Part shown: in pieces, positions 45,372 through 59,900 of the stretch | How positions within the stretch are numbered: position 1 is the first letter of the stretch | Layout of the letters: each line of letters opens with the position of its first letter | DNA from: Eledone cirrhosa | Taxonomy: Eukaryota | Direction of reading: 5' to 3' | DNA length: 64,000 nt | NCBI GenBank assembly: GCA_964016885.1 | Contig: OZ024741.1 | Location: 9,300,001 to 9,364,000, forward strand | Made by a program: the position numbers and the translations under genes | Notes under the pieces: model-generated | What the model was told of the DNA's origin: nothing | The model's database searches: none | The model's input: the letters and a program-made list of their open reading frames with translations, nothing else

Positions 45372-45749
45372 TTATTTATTTATCACTCCGTTCCCAGGAA
45401 GAGCCATAAACCTGTTGAAAAACTGAATCCAACGTCGGTCACTTATACCAGGAGCTTGCCTCTCAAGTAAGTCTGATATTTGATTTCGGATTCATAGAAA
45501 CACTTTTAGCGACTGTTCGTTTACTTTGTCCAGGTGTACTTTTTCTCAACCTGATTAGTTCTATCGTTGCTCTGGTATACATATTGTGTGTTAGTTTAGC
45601 CTATCACAATGTTAGATTTGTCAAGCTATTTAAACGTATGTTATTACTGTAAGGTCCTATCTTATCGAGTGCTTTGCTAACTCACCATTTCATATAAGTA
45701 GGCCGAATTCACGTGCAAACCGCCAGAGATTCGATTTTACTGATTTCCA

Positions 45750-45810
<61 letters not shown>

Positions 45811-46371
45811 AAACCAAGGGCCTTGTTTCAGGGGTGAAGGTACCAGGGCACAAGCCCCCACCACCACTTTTTCAGGAAGGGGAGACAAACCATCTTTTGT
45901 CCCCCTATTCTTTCTCAATTAAAAATCAAAGAAAACCATAAAGTATATTTATCCTTTTAATTGAGTTCTATAAACCGTACTATCAGTAGTTAATATATTC
46001 CTCACCGTGGTGGTTTTATCCCTTATAATTTGAACATATATATGTATGTGTGTAGGTGTGTGTGTGTGTTAGTATATATGTATTTATATGGCTATTCAGG
46101 GCTGACCTGTCGTTACAATAACACGGAATCCCCGAATCAAAATCGATTCTATATTTTCTATTGTTTTCTATATTTTTCTTATAATTTTCTATTCTATATT
46201 TGTGTTCACCAAAATCTTGTTTTCTTTTAAAATTCTGCAATTAACACCTGATGAGATTGCCACGGTCTTGCATCGTATTCTGATGATAAAGGTGTCCCAT
46301 TTAAATATGTTTCGGCCTTCTGTATATATATATAAAAAATGTGTGTATATATATGTATATAAGTGTGTATA

Positions 46372-46461
<90 letters not shown>

Positions 46462-46629
46462 CATATAAATGCACCAACATATATATGCACCAACCAGAAG
46501 TACATGATTTTTAAACCGATGAAATACCAATGAAGGTTGGAAAATCACTGACGAAGGACTATTTTTATCATATGTAACCCATGTGCAACCACGCAGTATT
46601 CTTTCTTCTCATGTTTTATATATATATAT

Positions 46630-47000
46630 AATTATAAAATAACATGAGGCTGGACTGGTGTAAATCCTTGAAAGGTTTATTATACTATGATCATTTCAAT
46701 GACCGGGTTCAGTATGAATCCGGTGACATCATCAGGTATTCAAAATATAACAACGGAACACAACAGACAATATCCATGGGTCTGAAAATCAGAGACAGGA
46801 GGATGACCGACCACCTAGCAGCCTCCACCTCAGACGGTCGGACTGTTATTTTATAAAAATTAACTCCGTACCCGCACCACCAACTACACAAACGAAGAAG
46901 GGTGAGTTACATTACGTCGAGTGCTCTCCCTAATATTACATCAAGGTTAACCATACGGAATGACCAGTTTTATCCAGTGGTGAACCAACAAACCTAAATA
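46630..47000. mobile_element. Family A element, longest copy, with inverted HHR-bearing segment
   Basis: The left part is the reverse complement of 822-886 and the right part the reverse complement of 31102-31258; (TA)n on both sides. Confidence 0.7.
46682..46739 (-). ncRNA. Minimal type I hammerhead ribozyme motif (family A)
   Basis: Minus strand: ATAC-CTGATGA-TGTCACCGGATTCATACTGAACCCGGTCATT-GAAA-TGATCA-TA^-GTAT. Stem I ATAC/GTAT, palindromic stem III ATGATCAT, stem II ACCGG/CCGGT plus TTCA/TGAA (base imperfect). Confidence 0.65.
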
Positions 47001-47277
47001 TATATATATATAGAGAGAGAAAGAGAGATATATGTATATATATAAATCTTAGACCATAGAAATACGTATTTTGGTTTTACAAAATCTCAATACGTATTTC
47101 TATGGTCTGGTTACAGCGGCAGATCATGATGCGGGCTTTTGGTGACGTCATCCGTTGTAAATTGCAAAGATCAGATAATCAATTACAGGATTACGGCAAA
47201 CATAAACAGAGAATAGATTTGATTCGGAGACGGCCTGTCATTCAATTCAGTGTTATTGCTGTGACTAAAATCCTCCG

Positions 47278-47404
<127 letters not shown>

Positions 47405-47408
47405 CACC

Positions 47409-47465
<57 letters not shown>

Positions 47466-47570
47466 CAGTTATGTTTATACATGGAACAAAGGCGCTACCC
47501 AAAATTTCAAGGCCTAAATTTCACGACCATACTTCCAGAAAATAGCGACATTTCTTCAGGCGTTAATGTG

Positions 47571-47649
<79 letters not shown>

Positions 47650-47975
47650 AGTGTGTGTGTGTGTGCGTGTGTGTGTATAGTAATAATAAATGTGAAGACT
47701 AAAATCAGAAGAGGCCTCGATAAGGATTATATATTTTTATATAAACCCGTATATATATATATATATATAAGGTATAGTATAATACAAAACTGATATGTAA
47801 TTCTTAGACAGAACATGCCATATATAGTGTACTCCCGCCGACAACGACAGCAACTATTAATATCGTACAGAATAAATAAGCCTAATATATATATCTATAT
47901 ATCGTTAAAAAATCAAAATAAATTTTCATATGCTATAATAAACGATTTACTCGACAGCGCCCTCCTAGAATATTA

Positions 47976-50900
47976 GGTGCCAGAGTGATGAAACTAAAGG
48001 TACCACAGTGTTGTAACTAAAGGTACGGAAGTGTTGAAACTAAAGGTACCACAGTGTTGAAAGTAAAGGTACCACAGTGTTGAAAGTAAAGGTACCACAG
48101 TGTTGAAACTAAAGGTACCACAGTGTTGTAACTAAAGGTTCCAGAGTGTTGAAACTAAAGGTACCGGAGTGATGAAACTAAAGCTACCACAGTGTTGTAA
48201 CTAAAGGTACCACAGTGTTGAAACTAAATGTACGGAAGTGTTGAAACTAAAGGTATCAGAGTGTTGAAACTAAAGGTACCACAGTGTTGTAACTAAAGGT
48301 ACCAGTGTTGAAAGTAAAGGTACCACAGTGTTGAAACTAAAGGTACCACTGTGTTGAAACTAAAGGTATCAGATTGTTGAAATTATTGTACCACAGTGTT
48401 GTAACTAAAGGTACAACAGTGTTGAAACTAAAGGTACCACAATGTTGAAACAAAAGGTACCACAGTGTTGAAACTAAAGGTACCACAGTGTTGAAACTAA
48501 AGGTACCGGAGTGATGAAACTAAAGGTACCACAGTGTTGAAACTAAAGGTACCACAGTGTTGTAACTAAAGGTACAACAGTGTTGAAACTAAAGGTACCA
48601 CAATGTTGAAACAAAAGGTACCACAGTGTTGAAACTAAAGGTACCACAGTCTTGAAACTATAGGTACCGGAGTGATGAAATTAAAGGTACCACAGTGTTG
48701 AAACTAAAGGTACCACAGTGTTGTAACTAAAGGTACCACAGTGTTGTAACTAACGGTACCACAGTGTGGAAACTAAAGGTACTGGAGTGATTAAACTAAA
48801 GGTTCCACAGTGTTGAAACTAAAGGTACCACAGTGTTGTAACTAAAGGAACAACAGTGTTGAAACTAAAGGTACGGAAGTGTTGAAACTAAAGGTTCCAC
48901 CGTGTTGAAACTAAAAGTACCACAGTGTTGAAACTAAAGGTACCACAGTGTTGAAACTAAATGTACCACAGTGTTGAAACTAAAGGTACCACAGTGTTGA
49001 AACTAAAGGTGTCAGAGTGTTGTAACTAAAGGTACCACACTGTTGAAACTAAAGGTACCAAAGTGTTGTAATTAAAGGTACCACAGTGTTGAAACTAAAT
49101 GTACCGGAGTGATTAAACTAAACGTTCCACAGTGTTGAAACTAAAAGTACCACAGTGTTGAAACTAAAGGTACCGGAGTGTTGAAACTAAAGGTTCCACA
49201 GTGTTGAAACTAAAGGTACCACAGTGTTGTAACTAAAGGTACAACAGTGTTGAAACTAAAGGTACGGAGGTTTTGAAACTAAAGGTACCACAGTGTTGAA
49301 ACTAAATGTACCACCGTGTTGAAACTAAAGGTGCCACAGTGTTGAAACAAAAGGTACCACCGTGTTGAAACTAAAGGTAGCACAGTCTTGAAACTAAAAG
49401 TACCACAGTGTTGAAACAAAAGGTACCATCGTGTTGAAACTAAAGGTACCACAGTCTTGAAACTAAAGGTAACACATTGTTGAAACTAAAGGTACCACCG
49501 TGTTGTAACTAAAGGTACCACAGTGTCGAAACTAAAGGTGTCAGAATGTTGAAACTAAAGGTACCACAGTGATGTAACTAAAGGTACCACAATGTTGAAA
49601 CTAAAGGTTCCACAGTGTTGAAACTAAAGGTATCGGAGTGTTGTAACTAAAGGTACCACATTGTTGAAAATAAAGGTGCCACAGTGTTGTAACTAAAGGT
49701 ACCACAGTGTTGAAACTGATGGTACCACAGTGTTCTAACTAAAGATACCACAGTGTTGAAACTAAATGTACCACAGTGTTGAAACTAAAGGTACCACAGT
49801 GTTGAAACTGAAGGTACCACAGTGTTGTAACTAAATGTACCACAGTGTTGAAGCTAAAGGTACCACAGTGTTGTAACTAAAGGTACTACAATGTTGAAAC
49901 TAAAGGTACCACAGTGTTGTAACTAAATGTACCACAGTGTTGAAACTAAAGGTATCAGAATGTTGAAACTAAAGGTAACACAGTGTTGAAACTAAAGCTA
50001 CCCCAATGTTGTAACTAAGGATACCACAGTGTTGAAACTAAAGGTACCACAGTGTTGTAACTAAATGTACCACAGTGTTGAAACGAAAGATATAAGAGTG
50101 TTGAAACTAAAGGTATAACAGTTTTTAAACTAAAGGTACCACAGTGATGTAACTAAATGTACCAGAGTGTTGAATCTAAAGGTACCACAATGTTGAAAAT
50201 AAATGTACCAGAGTGTTGAAATTAAAGGTACCACAGTGTTGAAACTAAAGGTACCACAGTGTTGAAACTAAAGGTATCAGAATGTTGTAACTAAAGGTAC
50301 CACAATGTTGAAACTAAAGGTACCACAGTGTTGAAACTAAATGTATCAGAATGTTGAAACTAAAGATACCACATTGTTGAAACTAAAGGTACCAAAGTGT
50401 TGAAACTAAAGGTACCGCAGTGTTGTAACTAGAGGTACCACAGTATTGAGACTAAAGATACCACAATGTTGTAACTAAATGTACTACAGTGTTGAAACTA
50501 AAGGTAGCAGAATGTTGAAACTAAAGGTACCACAGTGTTGAAACTAAAGGTACCCCAATGTTGTAACTAAAGATACCACAGTGTTGAAACAAAAGGTACC
50601 ACAATGTTGAAACAAAAGGAACTACAGTATTGAAACTAAAGGTGCCACAGTGTTGAATCTAAAGATATCAGAGTGTTGAAACTAAAGGTATAACAGTTAT
50701 GAAACTAAAGGTACCACAGTGTTGAAACTAAAGGTACCACAGTGTTGAAACTAAAGGTACCACAGTGTTGAAACTAAAATTACCACAATGTTGAAACTAA
50801 AGGTACCATAGTGATGTAACTAAAGGTACCAAAGTGTTGAAACGAAAGGTACCACAGTGTTGAAACTGAAGGTATCACAGTGTTGTAACTAAAGGTACGA

Positions 50901-53900
50901 CAGTGTTGAAACTAAAGATACCACTATGTTGTAACTAAATGTACCACAGTGTTGAAACTAAAGGTATCAGAATGTTGAAACTAAAGGTACCACAGTGTTG
51001 AAAATAAAGGTACCACAGGGTTGTAATTAAAGGTATCACAGTTTTGAAACTAAAGGTATCAGAAGTTTGTAACTAAAGTTACCACAATGTTGAAACTAAA
51101 GGTAGCATAATCATGTAACTAAAGGTACCATAGTCTTGAAACGAAAGGTACCACAGTGTTGAAACTGAAGGTTCCACAGTCTTGTAACTAAAGATACCAC
51201 AGTGTTGAAACTAAAGGTACCACAGTGTTGAAACTAAAGGAACAACAGTTTTTAAACTAAAGGTACCACAGTGTTGAAACTAAAGGTACCACAGTGTTCA
51301 ATATAAATGTACCAGTGTGTTGAAACTAAAGGTACCACAGTGTTGAAACTAAAGGTACCACAGTGTTGAAACTAAAGGTATCAGACTGTTGTAACTAAAG
51401 GTACCACAGTGTTGAAACTAAAGGTACCACAGTGTTGAAACTAAAGGTATCAGAATGTTGTAACTAAAGGTACCACAGTGTTGGAACTAAAGGTACCACA
51501 GTGTTGATAATAAAGGTAGCACAATGTTGAAACTAAAGGTATCATAATGTTGTAACTAAAGGTACCACAGTGTTGAAACTAAAGGTACCACAGTGTTGAA
51601 ACTAAAGGTATCAGAATGTTGTAACTAAAGGTACCACAGTGTTAAAACAAAGGGTACCACAGTGTTGAAAATAAAGGTAGCACAGTGTTGAAACTAAATG
51701 TATCAGAATGTTGTAAGGAAAGGTACCACAGTGTTGAAACTAAAGGTACCAGAGTGTTGAAACTAAAGGTACCGAAGTATTGAAACTAAAGGTATCGGAA
51801 TGTGGTAACTAAAGGTACTACAGTGTTGAAACTAAAGGTACCACAGTGTTGAAACTAAAGGTACCACAGTGTTGAAAATAAAGGTAGCACAGTGTTGAAA
51901 CTAAAGTTACCACAGTGTTGAAACTAATGCTAACAGAGTGTTGAAACTAAAGGTACCACAGTGTTGAAACTAAATGTAACACAGTGTTGTAACTAAAGGT
52001 ACCACCATGTTGAAACTAAAGATACCACATTGTTGAAACTAAAGGTACCAAATTATTGAAACTAAAGATACCGCAGTGTTGTAACTAGAGGTACCACAGT
52101 ATTGAAACTAAAGATACCACAATGTTGTAACTAAATGTACCACAATGTTGAAACTAAAGGTATCAGAATGTTGAAACTAAAGGTACCACAGTGTTGAAAC
52201 TAATGGTACCACAATGTTGTAACTAAAGGTACGATAGTGTTGAAACTAAATGTACCACAGTGTTGTAACTAAAGGTACCACAGTGTTGAAACTAAACGTA
52301 GCACAGTGTTGAAACTGAAGGTACCACAGTGTTGTAACTAAAGGTAACACAGTGTTGTAACTAAAGGTACCACAGTTTTTAAACTAAAGATACCACAGTG
52401 TTGAAACTAAAGGAACCACAGTGTTGAAACTAAAGGTACCACAGTGTTGAAACTAAAGATACCACAGTGTTGAAATTAAAGGAACCACAGTATTGAAACT
52501 GAAGGTGCCACAGTGTTGAAACTAAAGATATCAGAGTGTTGAAACTAAATGTATAACAGTGTTGAAACTAAATGTACCACAGTGTTGTAACTAAAGGTAC
52601 CACAGTGTTGAAACTAAAGGTACCAGAGTTTTTAAACTAAAGATACCACAGTGTTGAAACTAAAGGAACCATAGTGTTGAAACTAAAGGTACCACAGTGT
52701 TGAAACTAAAGATAGCACAGTGTGGAAACTAAAATTACCACAATGTTGAAACTAAAGGTACCATTGTGATGTAACTAAAGGTACCATAGTGTTGAAACGA
52801 AAGGTACCACAGTGTTGAAACTGAAGGTAGCACAATGTCGTAACTAAAGGTACCACAGTGTTGAAACTAAAGATACCACAATGTTGTAACTAAATGTACC
52901 ACAGTGTTGAAACTAAATGTATCAGAATGTTGAAACTAAAGGTACCACAGTGGTGATAATAAAGGTAGCACAATGTTGTAACTAAATGTACCACAGTGTT
53001 GTAACTAAAGGTACCACAGTGTTGAAACTAAATGTACCACAGTGTTGTAACTAAAGGTACCACAGTGTTGAAACTAAAAGTATCAGAATGTTGTAACTAA
53101 AGATACCACAATGTTGAAACTAAAGGTAGCATAGTGATGTAACTAAAGGTACCATAGTGTTGAAACGAAACGTACCACAGTGTTGAAACTGAAGGAACCA
53201 CAGTGTTGTAACTAAAGGTACGACAGTGTTGTAACTAAAGGTACCACAGTGTTGAAACTAAAGATACCACAGTGTTGAAACTAAAGGAACCACAGTATTG
53301 AAACTAAAGGTGCCACAGTGTTGAATCTAAAGATATCAGAGTGTTGAAACTAAAGGTATAACAGTTTTGAAACTAAAGGTACTATAGTGTTGAAACGAAA
53401 GGTACCACAGTGTTGAAACTGAAGGTACCACATTGTTGTAACTATAGGTACCACAGTGTTGAAACTAAAGATACCACAATGTTGTAACTAAATGTACCAC
53501 AGTTTTGAAACTAAAGGTATCAGAATGTTGAAACTAATGGTACGACAGTGTTGAAACTAAATGTACCACAGTGTTGTAACTAAAGGTACCACTGTGTTGA
53601 AACTAAAGGTATCAGAAGTTTGTAACTAAGGTTACCACAATGTTGTAACTAAAGGCACCACAGTGTTAAAACTAAAGGTACCACAGTGTTGAATCTAAAT
53701 GTGCCACAGTGCTGAAACTAAAGGTAGCACGGTGTTGAAATTTAAGGTACTACATTGTTGAAACTAAATATATCAGAGTGTTGAAACTAAACGTATAACA
53801 GTTTTGAAACTAAAGGTACAACAGTGTTGAAACTAAAGGTACCACAGTGTTGAAACTAAAGGTACCACAGTGTTGAAACTAAAGGTAGCACAGTGTTGAA

Positions 53901-56900
53901 ACTGAAGGTACCGTAGTGTTGTAACTAAAGGTACCACAGTGTTGTAACTAAAGGTACCACAGTTTTTAAACTAAAGATACCACAGTGTTGAAACTAAAGG
54001 AACCACAGCGTTGAAACTAAAGGTACCACAGTGTTGTAACTAAAGGTACCACAGTGTTGAAACTAAAGATACCACAATGTTGTAACTAAATGTACCACAG
54101 TGTTGAAACTAAAGGTATCAGAATGTTGAAACTAAAGGTACCACAGTGTGAAAATAAAGGTACCACAATGTTGTAACTAAAGGTACCATAGTGTTGTAAC
54201 TAAAGGTACCACAGTGTTGAAACTAAAGGTATCAGAATGTTGTAATTAAAGTTACCACAATGTTGAAACTAAAGGTAGCATAGTGATGTAACTAAAGGTA
54301 CCATAGTGTTGAAACGAAACGTACCACAGTGTTGAAACTGAAGATACCACAGTGTTGTAACTAAAGGTACGACAGTGTTGTAACTAAAGGTACCACAGAG
54401 TTGAAACTAAAGATACCACAGTGTTGAAACTAAAGGAACCACAGTGTTGAAACTAAAAGTACTACAGTGTGGAAACTAAAGGAACTACAGTATTGAAACT
54501 AAAGGTGCCACAGTGTTGAAACTAAAGGTATCAGAATGTTGAAACTAAAGGTACCCCAATGTTGTAACTAAAGATACCACAGTGTTGAAACTAAAGGTAC
54601 CACAATGTTTAAACTAAAGGAACTACATTATTGAAACTAAAGGTGCACAAGTATTGGATCTAACGATATCAGAGTGTTGAAACTAAAGGTATAACAGTTT
54701 TGAAACTAAAGATATCAGAGTGTTGAAACTAAAGGTATAACAGTTATGAAACTAAAGTTACCACAGTGTTGAAACTAAAAGTACCACAGTGTTGAAACTA
54801 AAGGTACCACAGTGTTGAAACTAAAATTACCACAATGTTGAAACTAAAGGTACCATAGTGATGTAACTAAAGGTACCATAGTGTTGAAACGAAAGTTACC
54901 ACAGTGTTGAAACTGAAGGTACCACAGTGTTGTAACTAAATGTACCACAGTGTTGAAACTAAAGGAACCACAGTGTTGAAACTATAGGTACCACAGTGTT
55001 GAAACTAAAGGAACAACAGTATTGAAACTAAGGTGCCACAGTGTTGAAACTAAAGGTATCAGAATGTTGTAACTAAAGGTACCACAGTGTTGAAACTAAA
55101 GGTACCACAGTGTCGAAACTAAAGGTATCAGAATGTTGTAACTAAAGGTACCACAGTGTTGGAACTAAAGGTACCACATTGTTGATAATAAAGGTAGCAC
55201 AATGCTGAAACTAAAGGTATCATAATGTTGTAACTAAAGGTACCACAGTGTTGTAACTAAAGGTAACACAGTGTTGTAACTAAAGGTACCACAGATTTTA
55301 AACTAAAGATACCACAGTGTTGAAACTAAAGGAACCACAGTGTTGAAACTAATGGTACCACAATGTTGTAACTAAAGGTACGATAGTGTTGAAACTAAAT
55401 GTACCACAGTGTTGTAACTAAAGGTACCACAGTGTTGAAACTAAACGTAGCACAGTGTTGAAACTGAAGGTACCACAGTGTTGTAACTAAAGGTAACACA
55501 GTGTTGTAACTAAAGGTACCACAGTTTTTAAACTAAAGATACCACAGTGTTGAAACTAAAGGAACCACAGTGTTGAAACTAAAGGTACCACAGTGTTGAA
55601 ACTAAAGATACCACAGTGTTGAAATTAAAGGAACCACAGTATTGAAACTGAAGGTGCCACAGTGTTGAAACTAAAGATATCAGAGTGTTGAAACTAAATG
55701 TATAACAGTGTTGAAACTAAATGTACCACAGTGTTGTAACTAAAGGTACCACAGTGTTGAAACTAAAGGTACCAGAGTTTTTAAACTAAAGATACCACAG
55801 TGTTGAAACTAAAGGAACCATAGTGTTGAAACTAAAGGTACCACAGTGTTGAAACTAAAGATAGCACAGTGTGGAAACTAAAATTACCACAATGTTGAAA
55901 CTAAAGGTACCATTGTGATGTAACTAAAGGTACCATAGTGTTGAAACGAAAGGTACCACAGTGTTGAAACTGAAGGTAGCACAATGTCGTAACTAAAGGT
56001 ACCACAGTGTTGAAACTAAAGATACCACAATGTTGTAACTAAATGTACCACAGTGTTGAAACTAAATGTATCAGAATGTTGAAACTAAAGGTACCACAGT
56101 GGTGATAATAAAGGTAGCACAATGTTGTAACTAAATGTACCACAGTGTTGTAACTAAAGGTACCACAGTGTTGAAACTAAATGTACCACAGTGTTGTAAC
56201 TAAAGGTACCACAGTGTTGAAACTAAAAGTATCAGAATGTTGTAACTAAAGATACCACAATGTTGAAACTAAAGGTAGCATAGTGATGTAACTAAAGGTA
56301 CCATAGTGTTGAAACGAAACGTACCACAGTGTTGAAACTGAAGGAACCACAGTGTTGTAACTAAAGGTACGACAGTGTTGTAACTAAAGGTACCACAGTG
56401 TTGAAACTAAAGATACCACAGTGTTGAAACTAAAGGAACCACAGTATTGAAACTAAAGGTGCCACAGTGTTGAATCTAAAGATATCAGAGTGTTGAAACT
56501 AAAGGTATAACAGTTTTGAAACTAAAGGTACTATAGTGTTGAAACGAAAGGTACCACAGTGTTGAAACTGAAGGTACCACATTGTTGTAACTATAGGTAC
56601 CACAGTGTTGAAACTAAAGATACCACAATGTTGTAACTAAATGTACCACAGTTTTGAAACTAATGGTACGACAGTGTTGAAACTAAATGTACCACAGTGT
56701 TGTAACTAAAGGTACCACTGTGTTGAAACTAAAGGTATCAGAAGTTTGTAACTAAGGTTACCACAATGTTGTAACTAAAGGCACCACAGTGTTAAAACTA
56801 AAGGTACCACAGTGTTGAATCTAAATGTGCCACAGTGCTGAAACTAAAGGTAGCACAGTGTTGAAATTTAAGGTACTACATTGTTGAAACTAAATATATC

Positions 56901-59900
56901 AGAGTGTTGAAACTAAACGTATAACAGTTTTGAAACTAAAGGTACAACAGTGTTGAAACTAAAGGTACCACAGTGTTGAAACTAAAGGTACCACAGTGTT
57001 GAAACTAAAGGTAGCACAGTGTTGAAACTGAAGGTACCGTAGTGTTGTAACTAAAGGTACCACAGTGTTGTAACTAAAGGTACCACAGTTTCTAAACTAA
57101 AGATACCACAGTGTTGAAACTAAAGGAACCACAGCGTTGAAACTAAAGGTACCACAGTGTTGTAACTAAAGGTACCACAGTGTTGAAACTAAAGATACCA
57201 CAATGTTGTAACTAAATGTACCACAGTGTTGAAACTAAAGGTATCAGAATGTTGAAACTAAAGGTACCACAGTGTGAAAATAAAGGTACCACAATGTTGT
57301 AACTAAAGGTACCACAGTGTTGTAACTAAAGGTACCACAGTGTTGAAACTAAAGGTATCAGAATGTTGTAATTAAAGTTACCACAATGTTGAAACTAAAG
57401 GTAGCATAGTGATGTAACTAAAGGTACCATAGTGTTGAAACGAAACGTACCACAGTGTTGAAACTGAAGATACCACAGTGTTGTAACTAAAGGTACGACA
57501 GTGTTGTAACTAAAGGTACCACAGAGTTGAAACTAAAGATACCACAGTGTTGAAACTAAAGGAACCACAGTGTTGAAACTAAAAGTACTACAGTGTGGAA
57601 ACTAAAGGAACTACAGTATTGAAACTAAAGGTGCCACAGTGTTGAAACTAAAGGTATCAGAATGTTGAAACTAAAGGTACCCCAATGTTGTAACTAAAGA
57701 TACCACAGTGTTGAAACTAAAGGTACCACAATGTTTAAACTAAAGGAACTACATTATTGAAACTAAAGGTGCACAAGTATTGGATCTAACGATATCAGAG
57801 TGTTGAAACTAAAGGTATAACAGTTTTGAAACTAAAGATATCAGAGTGTTGAAACTAAAGGTATAACAGTTATGAAACTAAAGTTACCACAGTGTTGAAA
57901 CTAAAAGTACCACAGTGTTGAAACTAAAGGTACCACAGTGTTGAAACTAAAATTACCACAATGTTGAAACTAAAGGTACCATAGTGATGTAACTAAAGGT
58001 ACCATAGTGTTGAAACGAAAGTTACCACAGTGTTGAAACTGAAGGTACCACAGTGTTGTAACTAAATGTACCACAGTGTTGAAACTAAAGGAACCACAGT
58101 GTTGAAACTATAGGTACCACAGTGTTGAAACTAAAGGAACAACAGTATTGAAACTAAGGTGCCACAGTGTTGAAACTAAAGGTATCAGAATGTTGTAACT
58201 AAAGGTACCACAGTGTTGAAACTAAAGGTACCACAGTGTCGAAACTAAAGGTATCAGAATGTTGTAACTAAAGGTACCACAGTGTTGGAACTAAAGGTAC
58301 CACAGTGTTGATAATAAAGGTAGCACAATGCTGAAACTAAAGGTATCATAATGTTGTAACTAAAGGTACCACAGTGTTGTAACTAAAGGTAACACAGTGT
58401 TGTAACTAAAGGTACCACAGATTTTAAACTAAAGATACCACAGTGTTGAAACTAAAGGAACCACAGTGTTGAAACTAAAGGTACCACAGTGTTGAAACTA
58501 AAGATGCCACAGTGTTGAAACTAAAGATATCAGAGTGTTTAAACTAAATGTATAACAGTGTTGAAACTAAATGTACCACAGTGTTGTAACTAAAGGTACC
58601 ACAGTGTTGAAACTAAATGTAGCACAGTGTTGAAACTGAAGGTACCACAGTGTTGTAACTAAAGGTACCACAGTGTTGTAACTAAAGGTACCACAGTGTT
58701 GTAACTAAAGGTACCACAGTTTTTAAACTAAAGATACCACAGTGTTGAAACTAAAGGAACCACAGTGTTGAAACTAAAGGTACCACAGTGTTGAAACTAA
58801 AGATACCACAGTGTGGAAACTAAAATTACCACAATGTTTTAACTAAAGGTACCATTGTGATGTAACTAAAGGTACCATAGTGTTGAAACGAAAGGTACCA
58901 CAGTGTTGAAACTGAAGGTAGCACAGTGTTGTAACTAAAGGTACCACAGTGTTGAAACTAAAGATACCACAATGTTGTAACTAAATGTACCACAGTGTTG
59001 AAACTAAATGTACCACAGTGTTGAAAATAAAGGTACCACAATGTTGTAACTAAAGGTACCACAGTGTTGAAACTAAATGTACCACAGTGTTGTAACTAAA
59101 GGTACCCCAGTGTTGAAACTAAAGGTATCAGAATGTTGTAACTAAAGATACCACAATGTTGAAACTAAAGGTAGCATAGTGATGTAACTAAAGGTACCAT
59201 AGTGTTGAAACGAAACGTACCACAGTGTTGAAACTGAAGGTATCACAGTGTTGTAACTAAAGGTACGACAGTGTTGTAACTAAAGGTACCACAGTGTTGA
59301 AACTAAAGATACCACAGTGTTGAAACTAAAGGAACCACAGTGTTGAAACTAAAAGTACCACACTGTGGAAACTAAAGGAACCACAGTATTGAAACTAAAG
59401 GTGCCACAGTGTTGAAACTAAACATATCAGAGTGTTGAAACTAAAGGTATAACTGTTTTGAAACTAAAGGTACCATAGTGTTGAAATGAAAGGTACCACA
59501 GTGTTGAAACTGAAGGTACCACAGTGTTGTAACTATATGTACCACAGTGTTGAAACTAAAGATACCACAATGTTGTGACTAAATGTACCACAGTTTTGAA
59601 ACTAAAGGTATCAGAATGTTGAAACTAATGGTACGACAGTGTTGAAACTAAATGTACCACAGTGCTGAAACTAAAGGTACCACTGTGTTGAAACTAAAGG
59701 AACCACAGTGTTGAAACTAAAGATATCAGAGTGTTGAAACTAAAGGTATAACAGTTTTGAAATTAAGGTACCACAGTGTTGAAACTAAAGGTACCACAGT
59801 GTTGAAACTAAAGGTACCACAGTGTTGAAACTAAAGGTAGCACAGTGTTGAAACTGAAGGTACCACAGTGTTCTAACTAAAGGTACCACAGTGTTGTAAC

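Noticed and set aside
46248-46290. Two CTGATGA motifs
   Set aside because: Neither is followed by a stem II plus GAAA.
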